Of a stretch of 64,000 nucleotides of DNA, positions 29,429-37,737 are shown piece after piece (within the stretch, counting starts at the first letter, position 1; every line of letters starts with the position of its first letter). The notes under the pieces were generated by a model. It searched no databases. It saw nothing but the letters and a program-made list of their open reading frames with translations, and had not been told where the DNA came from. The stretch is from an uncultured Gammaproteobacteria bacterium (GTDB lineage: Bacteria; Patescibacteriota; Patescibacteriia; UBA9934): contig CAZTKG010000001.1 in the NCBI GenBank assembly GCA_964613815.1, positions 136,895-200,894 on the forward strand. Direction: 5' to 3'. The position numbers and the translations under genes were made by a program.

Positions 29429-29480
29429 TCCCATCTCGAGCGGAGTCGAGAGATCTCTCCACTGCGGTCGAGATGGGAGG
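29429..29480. repeat. REP-A palindromic element (short form) in the livG-livF intergenic region
   Basis: TCCCATCTCGAGCGGAGTCGAGAGATCTCTCCACTGCGGTCGAGATGGGAGG. Confidence 0.85.
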
Positions 29481-29500
29481 TTACCCAGTTTTTGATCTTG

Positions 29501-30232
29501 CTACGCGCCTAAGTACGCCTCCATAACATCTTTTCTTGATAGCACCTCGTCTGGGCTCCCCTCTGCGAAGAATTTTCCTGCATCTACCATGATGACGTGG
29601 TCTGAAAGTTCGCGGATGAGGTCCATGGAATGCTCGATGAAGATGATGGTTTTTTGCTGTTCGCGGAGGGATTTGATGATGTCGACGACTTGTTTGCGCA
29701 TTTCTTTGAAGAGGCCAGCAAAGGGTTCGTCGAGGATGATGATGTCGGCGTTTATCGCGATGACGCGAGCGATTTCGAGAAGCTTCTTTTGGCCGTAGGA
29801 AAGGTCGCCTGCCATGGCGTTCTTTTTCTCGATAAGGCCGACTTGCTCGAGCGCTGATTCTGCTTGTTTGATGTGGAAGTCCTTGTGCTGTTCGAAGAGT
29901 GCTCGCCAGGGAGAGCGCTCGGTGACGGTGATGAGGATGTTGTCGAGCGCGGACATCTGATCAAAAAGGCGGACGTGCTGGAAGGTTCTGGTGATGCCGT
30001 AGGTTCGGATGTCTTTGCGTTTGATTTTTGTGAGTTTGGATCCGAGGACGGAGACGTCGCCTGTGTCTGATTTGGTGAATCCGGTGATGAGATTGACCAT
30101 AGTCGACTTCCCTGCTCCGTTTGGGCCGATGAGGGAGGTGATTTTTCCTTTTTGTATCTCAAAGCTGACGGCGTTTACGGCCTTGTTGCCGCCGAAGGAT
30201 TTAGATAGGTTTTGGATTTTTAGGGCGATCAT
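29501..30232 (-). CDS. livG: Branched-chain amino-acid ABC transporter ATP-binding protein LivG
   Basis: Walker A GPNGAGKSTM, LSYGQKKLLEIARV, ILDEP. Confidence 0.85.
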   Translation of the reverse strand: MIALKIQNLSKSFGGNKAVNAVSFEIQKGKITSLIGPNGAGKSTMVNLITGFTKSDTGDVSVLGSKLTKIKRKDIRTYGITRTFQHVRLFDQMSALDNILITVTERSPWRALFEQHKDFHIKQAESALEQVGLIEKKNAMAGDLSYGQKKLLEIARVIAINADIIILDEPFAGLFKEMRKQVVDIIKSLREQQKTIIFIEHSMDLIRELSDHVIMVDAGKFFAEGSPDEVLSRKDVMEAYLGA

Positions 30233-31095
30233 AATCTGAATTCACCGTAAATTCCGGTCGGTTTGTAGACCATTAATAGCGCCACTGCCAAGCCGTAGGC
30301 GACCATGCGGAGTTGTCCGGTGATTTCTGGCGGGAAGCCTGCAAAACGTAGTGCTTCGAGGATTAGGACGAAGACAATGGCGCCCACGATTGCCCCCTTG
30401 TGGCTTGCTAGGCCGCCAATGACGGCGATCACGAAGTAGTCCACAGATGCCATGGTTTTGAATGAGGCTGGATCAATGAAGGAGATGTATGAACCGTAAA
30501 TTGCTCCTACTGCACCTGCGAGCGCGGCGCTTATCATGAAAATAATGAGCTTGTAGGCAAAGACATTGTAGCCGATCATTTCTGTTGCTTCCTGGTCTTC
30601 TCTTATGCCTTTCAGGACCCTGCCGAATGAGGAGTTTGTGATGAATTTGCAGATAAGGTAGATGATTCCTGATGCCGCCAAGAAGAACAGAAAATATTCT
30701 TCGCCAGGAGAGATCTTGTTTCCGAACACGACTGGATTTGCGATGCCGGGGATACCGAGCGGGCCGCGTGTGAGCTCTGTCCAGTTCATGAAGATGCCGT
30801 AGACTATTGCTGTGAATGCCAACGACGCTAGTGCGTAGTAGTCGCCTCGAAGCTTGGAAATGATGGAGCCCACAGCTGCAGCTGCGGCGGCAGCCATGAT
30901 CATGCCTGCGCCCATTACTAGAAAGAAATTTAGATCATAATTACGCATGAGTAATGCCGATGTATAGCTGCCGATACCGACAAACCCTGCATGCGCTAGG
31001 TTGAGCTGACCTGCGTAACCTAAGACCAGGTTTAGCGTGAGAATGATCATGGCATACAGTGAGATGATAATGCCGATGTGCATGAGGTAGTCCAT
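30229..31095 (-). CDS. livM: Branched-chain amino-acid ABC transporter permease LivM
   Basis: Polytopic membrane protein of the LivM/BPD_transp_2 type. ATGA overlap with livG. Confidence 0.8.
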   Translation of the reverse strand: MDYLMHIGIIISLYAMIILTLNLVLGYAGQLNLAHAGFVGIGSYTSALLMRNYDLNFFLVMGAGMIMAAAAAAAVGSIISKLRGDYYALASLAFTAIVYGIFMNWTELTRGPLGIPGIANPVVFGNKISPGEEYFLFFLAASGIIYLICKFITNSSFGRVLKGIREDQEATEMIGYNVFAYKLIIFMISAALAGAVGAIYGSYISFIDPASFKTMASVDYFVIAVIGGLASHKGAIVGAIVFVLILEALRFAGFPPEITGQLRMVAYGLAVALLMVYKPTGIYGEFRL

Positions 31096-31096
31096 A

Positions 31097-31966
31097 CTAC
31101 TTTTTGCCGAATATGCCTTGCGGGCGGAATAATAGGAAAATCAGGAATATGACATAGGCGATGACATCCTTCCATTCGCTGGATACCTTCCAGATACCTA
31201 GGTTTTCTACGATCCCGAGAGCGAATGCGCCGATGATGGCTCCGTGAATATTTCCGAGGCCGCCGATTATCGCTGCGATAATTCCCTTTAGGAGCATGGA
31301 CATACCCATAACTGGCTCGATGCCGATGTCGAATCCGTAGAGCGCGCCCGCGAGACCAGCTATCGCCGAAGCGATGAAGAATATACCTCCTAAGACTCGC
31401 TCTACGCGAATCCCTATTATTGTTGAGACCTCTACGTCGTCGCTAACAGCCTTGATTAGTTTGCCGAAGAGGGTTTTTTTGAGGACAACGGCCAACATCA
31501 GCCAGGTGACTATGGCAGCAATGAAGATTATGAGCTGAGTTTGCGTGAACGTGGCGCCGGCTATGGAATAGATTTCTGTGATTTCTGATGTGGAGTAAAG
31601 GCGCTTGAAGCGGCTGGAGAATATGATGGCGATGATGGACTGGATGGCGGTGAAGATTCCAAGGGACGCCACGAGCATCACGAGGTTTGTGGCCTTGCGC
31701 TTGCGGAGGGCTTTGTTGAGCGTTTGGTCGAGAGCAGCTCCCGCGAGGCCTCCGACGATGAGTGCCGCGATGACAGCGACGATCGGCGAGGCGTTGAATG
31801 AGTTTAGAAAAATGTAGGCCGTGTAGGCTCCCACGACCGCGAATGCTCCGTGGGCGATGTTGAAAAATTTGGTTGCGCCGTATTGCAAGGTCACGCCCAG
31901 GGCCATGAGGGCGTAGATAGATCCTGCAATGAGGCCGTTTACGATGAGTTGAGGGAGGATGGACAT
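31097..31966 (-). CDS. livH: Branched-chain amino-acid ABC transporter permease LivH
   Basis: MSILPQLIVNGLIAGSIYALMALG is a typical LivH N-terminus. The track ORF extends to a GTG at 31984. Confidence 0.8.
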   Translation of the reverse strand: MSILPQLIVNGLIAGSIYALMALGVTLQYGATKFFNIAHGAFAVVGAYTAYIFLNSFNASPIVAVIAALIVGGLAGAALDQTLNKALRKRKATNLVMLVASLGIFTAIQSIIAIIFSSRFKRLYSTSEITEIYSIAGATFTQTQLIIFIAAIVTWLMLAVVLKKTLFGKLIKAVSDDVEVSTIIGIRVERVLGGIFFIASAIAGLAGALYGFDIGIEPVMGMSMLLKGIIAAIIGGLGNIHGAIIGAFALGIVENLGIWKVSSEWKDVIAYVIFLIFLLFRPQGIFGKK

Positions 31967-32028
31967 GTTTTTATCATCAGGCACAAAGAGAGCTCAATTG
32001 AGCTCTCTTTGCCTTGTTCTGATAACTG

Positions 32029-33189
32029 CTATTCCTGATCTTCTGTTGCTGTAAGAGGAATAATCTCACCGCCTCGGATTACTTCTGGCTTGTGAGCACC
32101 TGTTGCTCGGTCGCCGTTTTCGTCGAATGTGGTCGGTCCAGAAATGCCCTCATATGCCTCCATATTGAGAAGGTATTCTCTGATCGCTGGCGCATCTTCT
32201 CCAACAGCGTCGAGAGCTGCTGCGATGATGTATGGTGCGTCGTACTCTGTTTGTGCGTAGTTGAGATACTCAACCGCTTCTCCGTATGCTGCCATGTACG
32301 CCTCCATGAATGCCTTGAAGCCTTCTGTCTCAGCGTCGTATCCGAACTCTGCAACAATCATGCCCTCAACAAGCTCTGGGCTGTCTTGTGGGATTGATGA
32401 AGTCGGGATTACGTCTGCTCCCATGAGTGGGACATCCCATCCCAGCTCTCTTACCTGCTTGAGTACACGTTCTGCGGATGCGGGAGTTTGAACGCTGACA
32501 AGTAAAGCTTCTGGATTTGTGTCGCGGAGCTTTGTTAGCATTGTTCGAAAATCTTCCGTTTCTGAATCAAATCCTTCCGTTGTCGTGGTTCCGCCTAGCT
32601 CTACAAACGCTGCAGAAAAAGCATTTGAGATCCCTGTTGGATAGTCTAGGTTTTCCTGCACTACAGCTACGTTTTCCCATTTGTTCCAATTGTATGCCAC
32701 GTCTGCCAGGACTGTGCCCTGTGTTGCGTCACTTGGATAATTTCGAAAGAAGTAGTCTCCGCCCTCTGTTGTAAGATCTGGGGTTGAGGATGCGGCAGAA
32801 AAGAGAATTACCTCGTTTTCGTTTGCAATCGGAGCTGCTGCTAGCGATTCTCCACTACAGAATGAAAAAACGATCTTTGCTCCATCTACGTTGACGAGCT
32901 TTTGCATGGCGTTTGCTCCCTCGAAACCGTCGCACTGTCCGTCTTCTGCGATGAGTTCGATCATGCGACCACCGTCAACACCTCCTGCGTCGTTGATTTC
33001 GTCGATAGCTAGTTGCGTCGCCTTGAGTGCGGGCTCTCCATATACCGCAGCATCCCCGCTCAACGGTGCAATAAACCCGACACGAATATTCCCTCCTTCA
33101 CTCCCTCCTCCGCTGAAGGCAAAGTAGCCTACAACAATAACTGCGGCAACAACTAAAAATGCGACCCAGTTCTTGGATTTTTCTTCCAT
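32029..33189 (-). CDS. livK: Branched-chain amino-acid ABC transporter substrate-binding protein (LivK/LivJ family)
   Basis: Signal anchor, then IRVGFIAPLSGDAAVYGEPALKATQLAIDEINDAGGVDG (Peripla_BP_6). Confidence 0.8.
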   Translation of the reverse strand: MEEKSKNWVAFLVVAAVIVVGYFAFSGGGSEGGNIRVGFIAPLSGDAAVYGEPALKATQLAIDEINDAGGVDGGRMIELIAEDGQCDGFEGANAMQKLVNVDGAKIVFSFCSGESLAAAPIANENEVILFSAASSTPDLTTEGGDYFFRNYPSDATQGTVLADVAYNWNKWENVAVVQENLDYPTGISNAFSAAFVELGGTTTTEGFDSETEDFRTMLTKLRDTNPEALLVSVQTPASAERVLKQVRELGWDVPLMGADVIPTSSIPQDSPELVEGMIVAEFGYDAETEGFKAFMEAYMAAYGEAVEYLNYAQTEYDAPYIIAAALDAVGEDAPAIREYLLNMEAYEGISGPTTFDENGDRATGAHKPEVIRGGEIIPLTATEDQE

Positions 33190-33261
33190 AGTTCATGGTT
33201 ATGAATGAATCTGGGTATAGGTTAACAAATATTGAGTTTTTGGGGAATATGATATCAACGC

Positions 33262-33333
33262 CTCCCTTCCCATCTCGACCTTGTGGAGAGATCTTGCCGC
33301 CATCAGATCTCTCGGCGTTGCTCGAGATGGGAG
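33262..33333. repeat. REP-A palindromic element
   Basis: CCCATCTCGACCTTGTGGAGAGATCTTGCCGCCATCAGATCTCTCGGCGTTGCTCGAGATGGGAGG. Confidence 0.85.
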
Positions 33334-33349
33334 GAAAAAGGCGTCTTAT

Positions 33350-34507
33350 CTATTCAGAGTAAAACTCCACAATCGCCTTCTCGTAGATTTCGAAAACCTT
33401 TGGGATGGTTGTGATGTCTACCCACTCATCTGGCGCGTGGACATTGCCGCTGTCGCATCCGAAGGCGTTGATGATGGGGATGCCTGTTTTGGAAACGACG
33501 TTACCGACAGAGCCTTGGCCGCTGGCGACGAGGGGGATGTTTTTGTTGAGGATGGTTGTTGCGGTTTTTTGGAGGGTACGGACGAAGGTGTTTTTTGGGT
33601 CTGTGATGTGAGCGTCCTCCCCCTGACGTAGCTCGATTTCGTATTCGATCGGACCGTGTTTTTTGATGTCTTTTTTGATGAGGGTGTGCATTTGTTCGAC
33701 GACTGATTCCGGGGTTTGGCTTGGGACGGTGCGAATATCGGCTTCTGCGGAACAAAAATCTGGGACGACGTTGATTGCTGTGCCGCCCTCTATTTTGGCG
33801 ATGTTTGTGCGGGAACCGAACCAGAAGTAGGGATCTGTCTTGCCATTGACCTTCATATCCTTGAGGGCACAGATGATTCTGCCCATGCCGTGGATGGCGT
33901 TTACCCCTTTCTTTTTGCGACTTCCGGTGTGGTGCGCCTTGCCGATCACGCGGATTTCTGCGCGGGCCCATCCCCGGGCGCCGATCGAGATTTCGTCCAT
34001 ACCTTGGTAGCCGAGGATGCAGATGTCGGCTTTTTGTGGGGCGTAGTTGATGATGTTGCGGATACCGGTGAATGTGCCGCTTTGCTCATCAGCGTCGAAG
34101 CCAAGGAAGATGTTTCCGTTGAACGCGTTATTTTGGCGTAGTTCACGGGCTAAATAGCAAAAAATGGCAATGGCGACCTTACAGTCGGCGACTCCCCTTC
34201 CGTACATTTTGCCGTCGATGATGTCTCCGGCAAATGGAAGTTTACTCCAGTTTTCGAGAGCGCCTGCTGGAACGGTGTCTAAACACGCCTGGAGCCAGAC
34301 GGTTTTTGCGTCAGAATTTTGCTGAAGATCGCAAATAATTGATGGTCGGTACTCTTCGCCGATGCGTTTTGGTTGAAAGCCGAATGATTCCAGCTTTTCT
34401 GCGACACGTTTTGCAATGCGGCGTTCGGAATCGATCCCGTTTTGGGACGGGATTTGGACGAGTTCCTTTGCGAACTGTACGACTTCGTTTGTCAGTTCTG
34501 GGGTCAT
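33350..34507 (-). CDS. M20 family metallopeptidase (ArgE/DapE/succinyl-diaminopimelate desuccinylase-like)
   Basis: Metal-binding motifs LQACLDTVP, GRGVADCK, FLGFDADEQSG, with a dimerisation-domain insert. 385 aa. Confidence 0.7.
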   Translation of the reverse strand: MTPELTNEVVQFAKELVQIPSQNGIDSERRIAKRVAEKLESFGFQPKRIGEEYRPSIICDLQQNSDAKTVWLQACLDTVPAGALENWSKLPFAGDIIDGKMYGRGVADCKVAIAIFCYLARELRQNNAFNGNIFLGFDADEQSGTFTGIRNIINYAPQKADICILGYQGMDEISIGARGWARAEIRVIGKAHHTGSRKKKGVNAIHGMGRIICALKDMKVNGKTDPYFWFGSRTNIAKIEGGTAINVVPDFCSAEADIRTVPSQTPESVVEQMHTLIKKDIKKHGPIEYEIELRQGEDAHITDPKNTFVRTLQKTATTILNKNIPLVASGQGSVGNVVSKTGIPIINAFGCDSGNVHAPDEWVDITTIPKVFEIYEKAIVEFYSE

Positions 34508-34516
34508 GCTTCCATT

Positions 34517-34975
34517 CTAGGCATTGATGAGCTTTTGTGACAAGTCTTTGATCCTCGCGTAGAAGCCTTTTGTGTGGATGGAGTTGAGATTGAGTTTGCA
34601 GAAATCGTAGTGGTGCATCCATTCGTGGAGAAGTGTGTCGAGGAATGATTTTGGGGCGAGGATCTGACCGCGGACAGCGGTGCGGTTGGTGATGTAGATG
34701 TATTTTGTGGCGGGCTTGTAGTAGCCGTACCTGCGCATGGATACGCGCTTTCCTCGGCGTTTGTGATACTGCTTGGCGTCTGAGACCTTGAGGTTGCAGA
34801 TGTCGATCATGGCTTGGTCGGCGAGGTCGTCGAGAAGGTCGTCGCCGAAGCGTTGGCGGTCTTCGGCGGAAGATGAGGCTAGGATCTCTCGCGCGGTATG
34901 CTGGCCGAATTCGGAGACGTCGAAGTCGATGGTGAGGATGGCGTTTGAGCGTTTGTAGTTTGATTGGGCGAGCAT
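34517..34975 (-). CDS. HExxH zinc metallopeptidase-like small protein (SprT-like/WLM-like), hypothetical
   Basis: LLHEWMHHYDF motif. Start taken at MLAQSNYKRS (ATG 34975); the track ORF's N-terminal 49 aa are translated REP-A sequence. Confidence 0.4.
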   Translation of the reverse strand: MLAQSNYKRSNAILTIDFDVSEFGQHTAREILASSSAEDRQRFGDDLLDDLADQAMIDICNLKVSDAKQYHKRRGKRVSMRRYGYYKPATKYIYITNRTAVRGQILAPKSFLDTLLHEWMHHYDFCKLNLNSIHTKGFYARIKDLSQKLINA

Positions 34976-35037
34976 GGGGGGAATGGTAGCATAATTAGGA
35001 GAATCAGCACTCCTGTTCCCCCATCTCGAACACCTCC

Positions 35038-35115
35038 TTTTCCCATCTCGACCTTGTGGAAAGATCTTGCTGCTATTCGAGTTCTCGGAGATCTCTCCAC
35101 AAGGTCGAGATGGAA
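35038..35115. repeat. REP-A palindromic element (preceded by a partial duplicate arm at 35015-35037)
   Basis: TCCCATCTCGACCTTGTGGAAAGATCT...AGATCTCTCCACAAGGTCGAGATGGAACG. Confidence 0.85.
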
Positions 35116-35168
35116 CGACCACTCATTGACCCCTCCCCTCTTTTCACGCTACGATCAGCACCCACCTT

Positions 35169-35675
35169 GTGGAGGCTCTTTTGACCGATTCCGTACCCGC
35201 AGACCTTCTCGATGCTGGACTTGCCTTCATGGTTCAAGTCCTCACACTTCAACAGCAAGGCCTGCAGCTGACCAATAAGCAGGCTCACGCGTTTACAACC
35301 ATCATGATCGAACTTGGTATCCTGTCCGATCTCAGCACGGCCATGACGGATGAAGACGCCGCGCGACTTCGCGAGCTCGTTAGCCGTGTCGACCGCGAGT
35401 CAGCTGAAGCAGCGAGACCCACGGTTCTCAACGCCGGCATCCACACGCGGACCTGGTGTGAGGAGATCCGCTGCCCGACGTGCCGTGCCAAGCTTCGGCT
35501 CACGCGGAGCTCGATCCATCTATGGACCGGTGCTGATATGAACCATGGCAGAAGCGCCGTGTGCTACCTCTGCCCGAGCTGCAATATCTGGCACGAGTTC
35601 CTGCCGTACCATGAGCGCGTCGGCGAGCTCCCGCAAATGCCGAGCGGGATGCACATCCGGCTGCTGGAGCGCTGA
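35169..35675 (+). CDS. Hypothetical protein with C-terminal zinc-ribbon (CPTC...CPSC)
   Basis: Helical N-terminal domain followed by CPTCRAKL...CYLCPSCN. GC-rich. Confidence 0.45.
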   Translation: MEALLTDSVPADLLDAGLAFMVQVLTLQQQGLQLTNKQAHAFTTIMIELGILSDLSTAMTDEDAARLRELVSRVDRESAEAARPTVLNAGIHTRTWCEEIRCPTCRAKLRLTRSSIHLWTGADMNHGRSAVCYLCPSCNIWHEFLPYHERVGELPQMPSGMHIRLLER

Positions 35676-35718
35676 TCGCCTGCGAGGCGGTCTTTTTCTT
35701 TTATGAGGCCCGCCTATT

Positions 35719-35783
35719 TCCCATCTCGACCTTGTGGAGAGATCTGATGGCTGCAGGATCTCTCCACAAGGTCGAGATGGGAG
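35719..35783. repeat. REP-A palindromic element between convergent genes
   Basis: CCCATCTCGACCTTGTGGAGAGATCTGATGGCTGCAGGATCTCTCCACAAGGTCGAGATGGGAGG. Confidence 0.85.
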
Positions 35784-35827
35784 GATGGTACTGTTTTTGA
35801 GATTAAAAACACCCGGCCTAAGCCGAG

Positions 35828-36034
35828 CTAGAGACCTCTTGGACGTGGGAGGTAGAAAGTCCAGAAGAGGAAGATAACGATGTACATGGCAATCGCGTCC
35901 GCCATGGTTTCGAGATTGTCGCTGTAGCAGGCAAGGTCTTTGCGGCCCATCTGCCAGGTGTAGTACTTACGGGCAGTTGCGAAGCCGTGTGCGCCGTAGG
36001 TGATGACAGCGGCGGTGATGAGGACTGCGTTCAT
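35828..36034 (-). CDS. Small membrane protein (68 aa), ATGA-coupled to the upstream small membrane protein
   Basis: MNAVLITAAVITYGAHGFATARKYY...AIAMYIVIFLFWTFYLPRP has two hydrophobic segments. The first 90 codons of the track ORF look non-coding (R-rich). Confidence 0.4.
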   Translation of the reverse strand: MNAVLITAAVITYGAHGFATARKYYTWQMGRKDLACYSDNLETMADAIAMYIVIFLFWTFYLPRPRGL

Positions 36035-36282
36035 GCCGTGATTGGCCTTCCGATGTAATTCTGAAGGCCGTACCAGACGATGAGGACTGGCCAGATGAGC
36101 ATGTGGAAGACGCACCTGATGCGCTTCATGTCTTCGGTCACGTCCCCTCCCAACTCCCATATCCTTGTGTTGAGCCGGGTTCCGAGGACGCTGCCGAGCA
36201 CGGGGTAGCACATCGCGAGGAGTGTGAGCACGGGTTCTGTGTAGTCCATCTGATCTCCTTTTGGACAAAAATAGGCTAACAT
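36031..36282 (-). CDS. Small membrane protein (83 aa)
   Basis: MDYTEPVLTLLAMCYPVLGSVLG...VFHMLIWPVLIVWYGLQNY has two hydrophobic segments. Its stop overlaps the next gene's ATG (ATGA). Confidence 0.4.
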   Translation of the reverse strand: MLAYFCPKGDQMDYTEPVLTLLAMCYPVLGSVLGTRLNTRIWELGGDVTEDMKRIRCVFHMLIWPVLIVWYGLQNYIGRPITA

Positions 36283-36303
36283 TATTGACGGGAATGATCA
36301 ATT

Positions 36304-36864
36304 GTGGTTGAATGTGGGCGTTCTTTTGGAGGAACGATGAATAGAGCAGATCGAGCCTACGCGATTGTTGGCGCGATGTATCCGCGAAGCGGCCTTCCGC
36401 TTGAAACTCGGCAGCATCTAGCGCGGGCGGTTGTGGATATTCTGAGTGGTAGAGATGGCACTTATTTCGATGGACGTATCCGAGATGAGCACTTGGGGCA
36501 TGCCCGTGAGATCATCAGCGAGCAGCTTCCGTCTGACCCGTGCGAGGAGGAGGCAGCGCCCGTTGAGCTGGAGTCAGATGTCTGCATCATGCAGCGCGGG
36601 CTTGGGCCCAAGCCGGTTTGGCTGCGGATCGTGTGTCCACATTGCTTCACTTCGCAGAACGTGAAGAGTTCGGGGCTCAGGCTCTATCGACTTCGCCACG
36701 ATGAATTCCTGAGCTTCAAGTGCGGCAATTGCCTTGAGCCTATCAGGCTTGAGGGGCATGGCGGCATGTTCTTCAACGCTCCGCACGCTGACCAGCCAGT
36801 TACGTTCATGCCCCGAGTCGCTCTCAGCGTCACCGCCGTCGGCCCGGTAGAAGAGTCTTCGTAA
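36304..36864 (+). CDS. Hypothetical protein with C-terminal zinc-ribbon (CPHC...CGNC). The start may be the internal MNRADRAY at 36337.
   Basis: Same N-helical plus Zn-ribbon design as the 35169 and 37058 proteins. Confidence 0.45.
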   Translation: MVECGRSFGGTMNRADRAYAIVGAMYPRSGLPLETRQHLARAVVDILSGRDGTYFDGRIRDEHLGHAREIISEQLPSDPCEEEAAPVELESDVCIMQRGLGPKPVWLRIVCPHCFTSQNVKSSGLRLYRLRHDEFLSFKCGNCLEPIRLEGHGGMFFNAPHADQPVTFMPRVALSVTAVGPVEESS

Positions 36865-37057
36865 CCTCCCGTTTGGGTGGTTTTTTGATCTGATGGGATC
36901 AGATCAACCCTTCGTAGCTCGCAGAGCGCCTGCCCTTCGAAGCTTCAGCGAAGAATGGGAAGAACGGGTCCCCTCTTTTTTTTACAGAGCTCCTCATATT
37001 GACAAATCACCTATTCCCTACTATGGTTCTTCTCCGTTCATTCAAATGGGAGAGCAA

Positions 37058-37591
37058 ATGAATCCGAATGATCAAGAGCTTCTGAAGAATCTGGTCACCG
37101 TGGTGCTCCTGGGAGAGTCTGATGAGGCAGAGTACCCTCCCGAGATGGTTGATCTTGCCGCCAACCTAGGCCTTCGGCTGATTGAGTTGCGTAGCATAGA
37201 TGACCGATCTTCTTTGGTCGTACTATCTCGCGGTGTGAAGGAGTCGGTCATCACTGACGCTGAAGGAGAGGAGAGTCCCGCTAGCGCCGAATGTGATGAT
37301 GGAGCTACGGTACTCACCCCCGGGATCGGCAAGTCGGCAGATGTGCTGGTCACGGTGAAGTGCTTCGCGTGCTCCTGTGAATACAAGGTCCCGCTTCGGA
37401 GCTGCACAGCGGCCGACGTCAAGTCTGCGCATGGCTTCAAGATGATCATCTCTTCCTGCCCTCGATGCGGTATGAATGGGATGCTTGGACGGGCGTCGTA
37501 CGACATTCGTAAACATCTCGTGCAGTGCTTCACCCGAGATTACTGCGGTGAGCACACCGTCGTGACGACCGAGAACCTTCCGCCTGCGTAG
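37058..37591 (+). CDS. Hypothetical protein with C-terminal zinc-ribbon (CFACSC...CPRCG)
   Basis: Start taken at MNPNDQELL, preceded by GGAG. The track ORF starts at 36893. Confidence 0.45.
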   Translation: MNPNDQELLKNLVTVVLLGESDEAEYPPEMVDLAANLGLRLIELRSIDDRSSLVVLSRGVKESVITDAEGEESPASAECDDGATVLTPGIGKSADVLVTVKCFACSCEYKVPLRSCTAADVKSAHGFKMIISSCPRCGMNGMLGRASYDIRKHLVQCFTRDYCGEHTVVTTENLPPA

Positions 37592-37621
37592 CTGCGCATG
37601 CGGTTTTTTTGATAGCGAAAA

Positions 37622-37690
37622 AGACCAGTCCTCCCATCTCGACCTTGTGGAGAGATCTCTCGACTACGCTCGAGATGGGAGGACTGGTCT
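37622..37690. repeat. REP-A palindromic element (full palindrome including the outer GACCAGTCC/GGACTGGTC arms)
   Basis: Between the convergent 37058..37591 gene and lepA. Confidence 0.85.
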
Positions 37691-37737
37691 TTTTTATGTC
37701 ATCCAGAGCGAAGCGCGGGATGACTGCATGGAGGCGT

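Noticed and set aside
29424-29462. N-terminal extensions such as MERSLDSARDGNDM (livF), MVVPSRPCGEIS... (34517 gene), MAAPDGRIPCGHRR... (dnaX), and stand-alone ORFs like 37647..37856 and 42691..42984
   Set aside because: These peptides are translations of REP-A or REP-B copies that happen to lie upstream of a real start. The same peptide (...PISTLWRDL... / MERSLD...) recurs at unrelated loci. Conserved protein N-termini begin at downstream ATGs.
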